Part shown: one piece after another, positions 63,015 to 64,000 of the stretch
How the letters are laid out: each line of letters begins with the position of its first letter
Position numbering within the stretch: the stretch's first letter is position 1
Assembly (NCBI GenBank): GCA_964016885.1
Contig: OZ024761.1
Coordinates: 25,606,001 to 25,670,000 of the forward strand
DNA: 64,000 nucleotides
Reading direction: 5' to 3'
From: Eledone cirrhosa
Taxonomy: Eukaryota
Program-made: the position numbers and the translations under genes
Notes under the pieces: model-generated
Databases searched by the model: none
What the model was told of the DNA's origin: nothing
Seen by the model: the letters and a program-made list of their open reading frames with translations, nothing else

Positions 63015-63424
63015 AATGTATATATATATATAGATACCTATAAATATATATATAAAATATATATATATATAAATATATATATAAATACGTATGCGTATGT
63101 ATATATGTAGGCAGATATATATATGAATATATATATATATATGAATAAATATTTATATATATATATATGAATATATATATATATATATATATATGAATAT
63201 ATATAGATATATGAATATATATATATATATATATACATAAATTAATAAAACAATGAATGAACAAAGAAACAGTTCCTTATATTAAAAAAATTCATCATTT
63301 TACGATCGTTTCTAGGATATATATGTGTGTTAGAGTTGGTATGCATATTCTAAAATCTATGTACAATATTTATACAAACTATCAGAGGGAATATACATAC
63401 CTACACATATATATGCTGTCTTCA

Positions 63425-63448
63425 GAAAGCTATTCTATTCATTTCAGA

Positions 63449-63484
<36 letters not shown>

Positions 63485-63614
63485 TATATATATATATATA
63501 TATATGAATATATATATATATATATATGAATATATATATATATATATGAATATATATATATATATGAATATATATATATATACATATGAATCTGAAAAGA
63601 ATAGAATAGCTTTC
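63425..63614. repeat. 30-bp inverted repeat enclosing a (TA)n-GAA array
   Basis: GAAAGCTATTCTATTCATTTCAGATTCATA matches the reverse complement of 63585-63614 at 29/30. Confidence 0.88.
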
Positions 63615-63865
63615 CATTAGCTCCAGAAAAACTTTCTTTAGGAAATGCTAGAAAGTATAAGTAGCGCTTTTCTGTAGATGTGAAAAAAATCTGAAATAAA
63701 ACATGTCATGCCCTCTATTTCTTATTGTTATTTTGACTCTACATGTTAACTTAGCGATACTGAATTCTGATATAATCGCATTGCTTCAGTTCCATACAAG
63801 TACCTCTGTGCTAGAACTGATTAAGTATTTCACTGGTATTCGATTTTATTATATCTACCATGATA

Positions 63866-64000
63866 GGGCGGTGGATTGGCAGTATCGGTAGAGGGTCGAA
63901 CGCCATGCTTTGCTGCATAGAGCTACATCCCTTTATGATCTGAGTTCAAATCCCGCCGAGGTTAACTTTGCCTTTCATTCTTACGGGGTAGATAAAATAA
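63866..64000 (+). mobile_element. tRNA-derived SINE running off the window end
   Basis: GGGCGGTGGATTGGCAGTATCGG head, B-box and core. Confidence 0.93.

Overview
AT-rich, gene-poor eukaryotic DNA dominated by long (TA)n-derived, (CA)n and (GA)n microsatellites, with one 200-N assembly gap (39344-39543). The repeat content resembles an octopod cephalopod genome (inferred from recalled SINE/MITE motifs, not from a search). No host protein-coding gene is supportable; nearly all listed ORFs are translated microsatellites. The non-simple sequence is mostly mobile DNA: about 18 copies or fragments of a tRNA-derived SINE (many with clear target-site duplications, some tandem or nested), mariner-, pogo- and piggyBac-type MITEs, and RTE- and CRE-type LINE fragments. 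The most interesting layer is a set of Penelope-like element (PLE) remnants sitting in (TA)n tracts. It includes a decayed GIY-YIG endonuclease ORF (20637-21115), several minimal type I hammerhead ribozymes (21292, 21816, 39036 and a core-intact one at 62783-62848), a family with a U4A hammerhead-like core, and a five-copy fold-back element that seems to keep only the 3' half of a hammerhead. PLE-borne hammerheads are a known class; whether these particular families are undescribed needs a database check.
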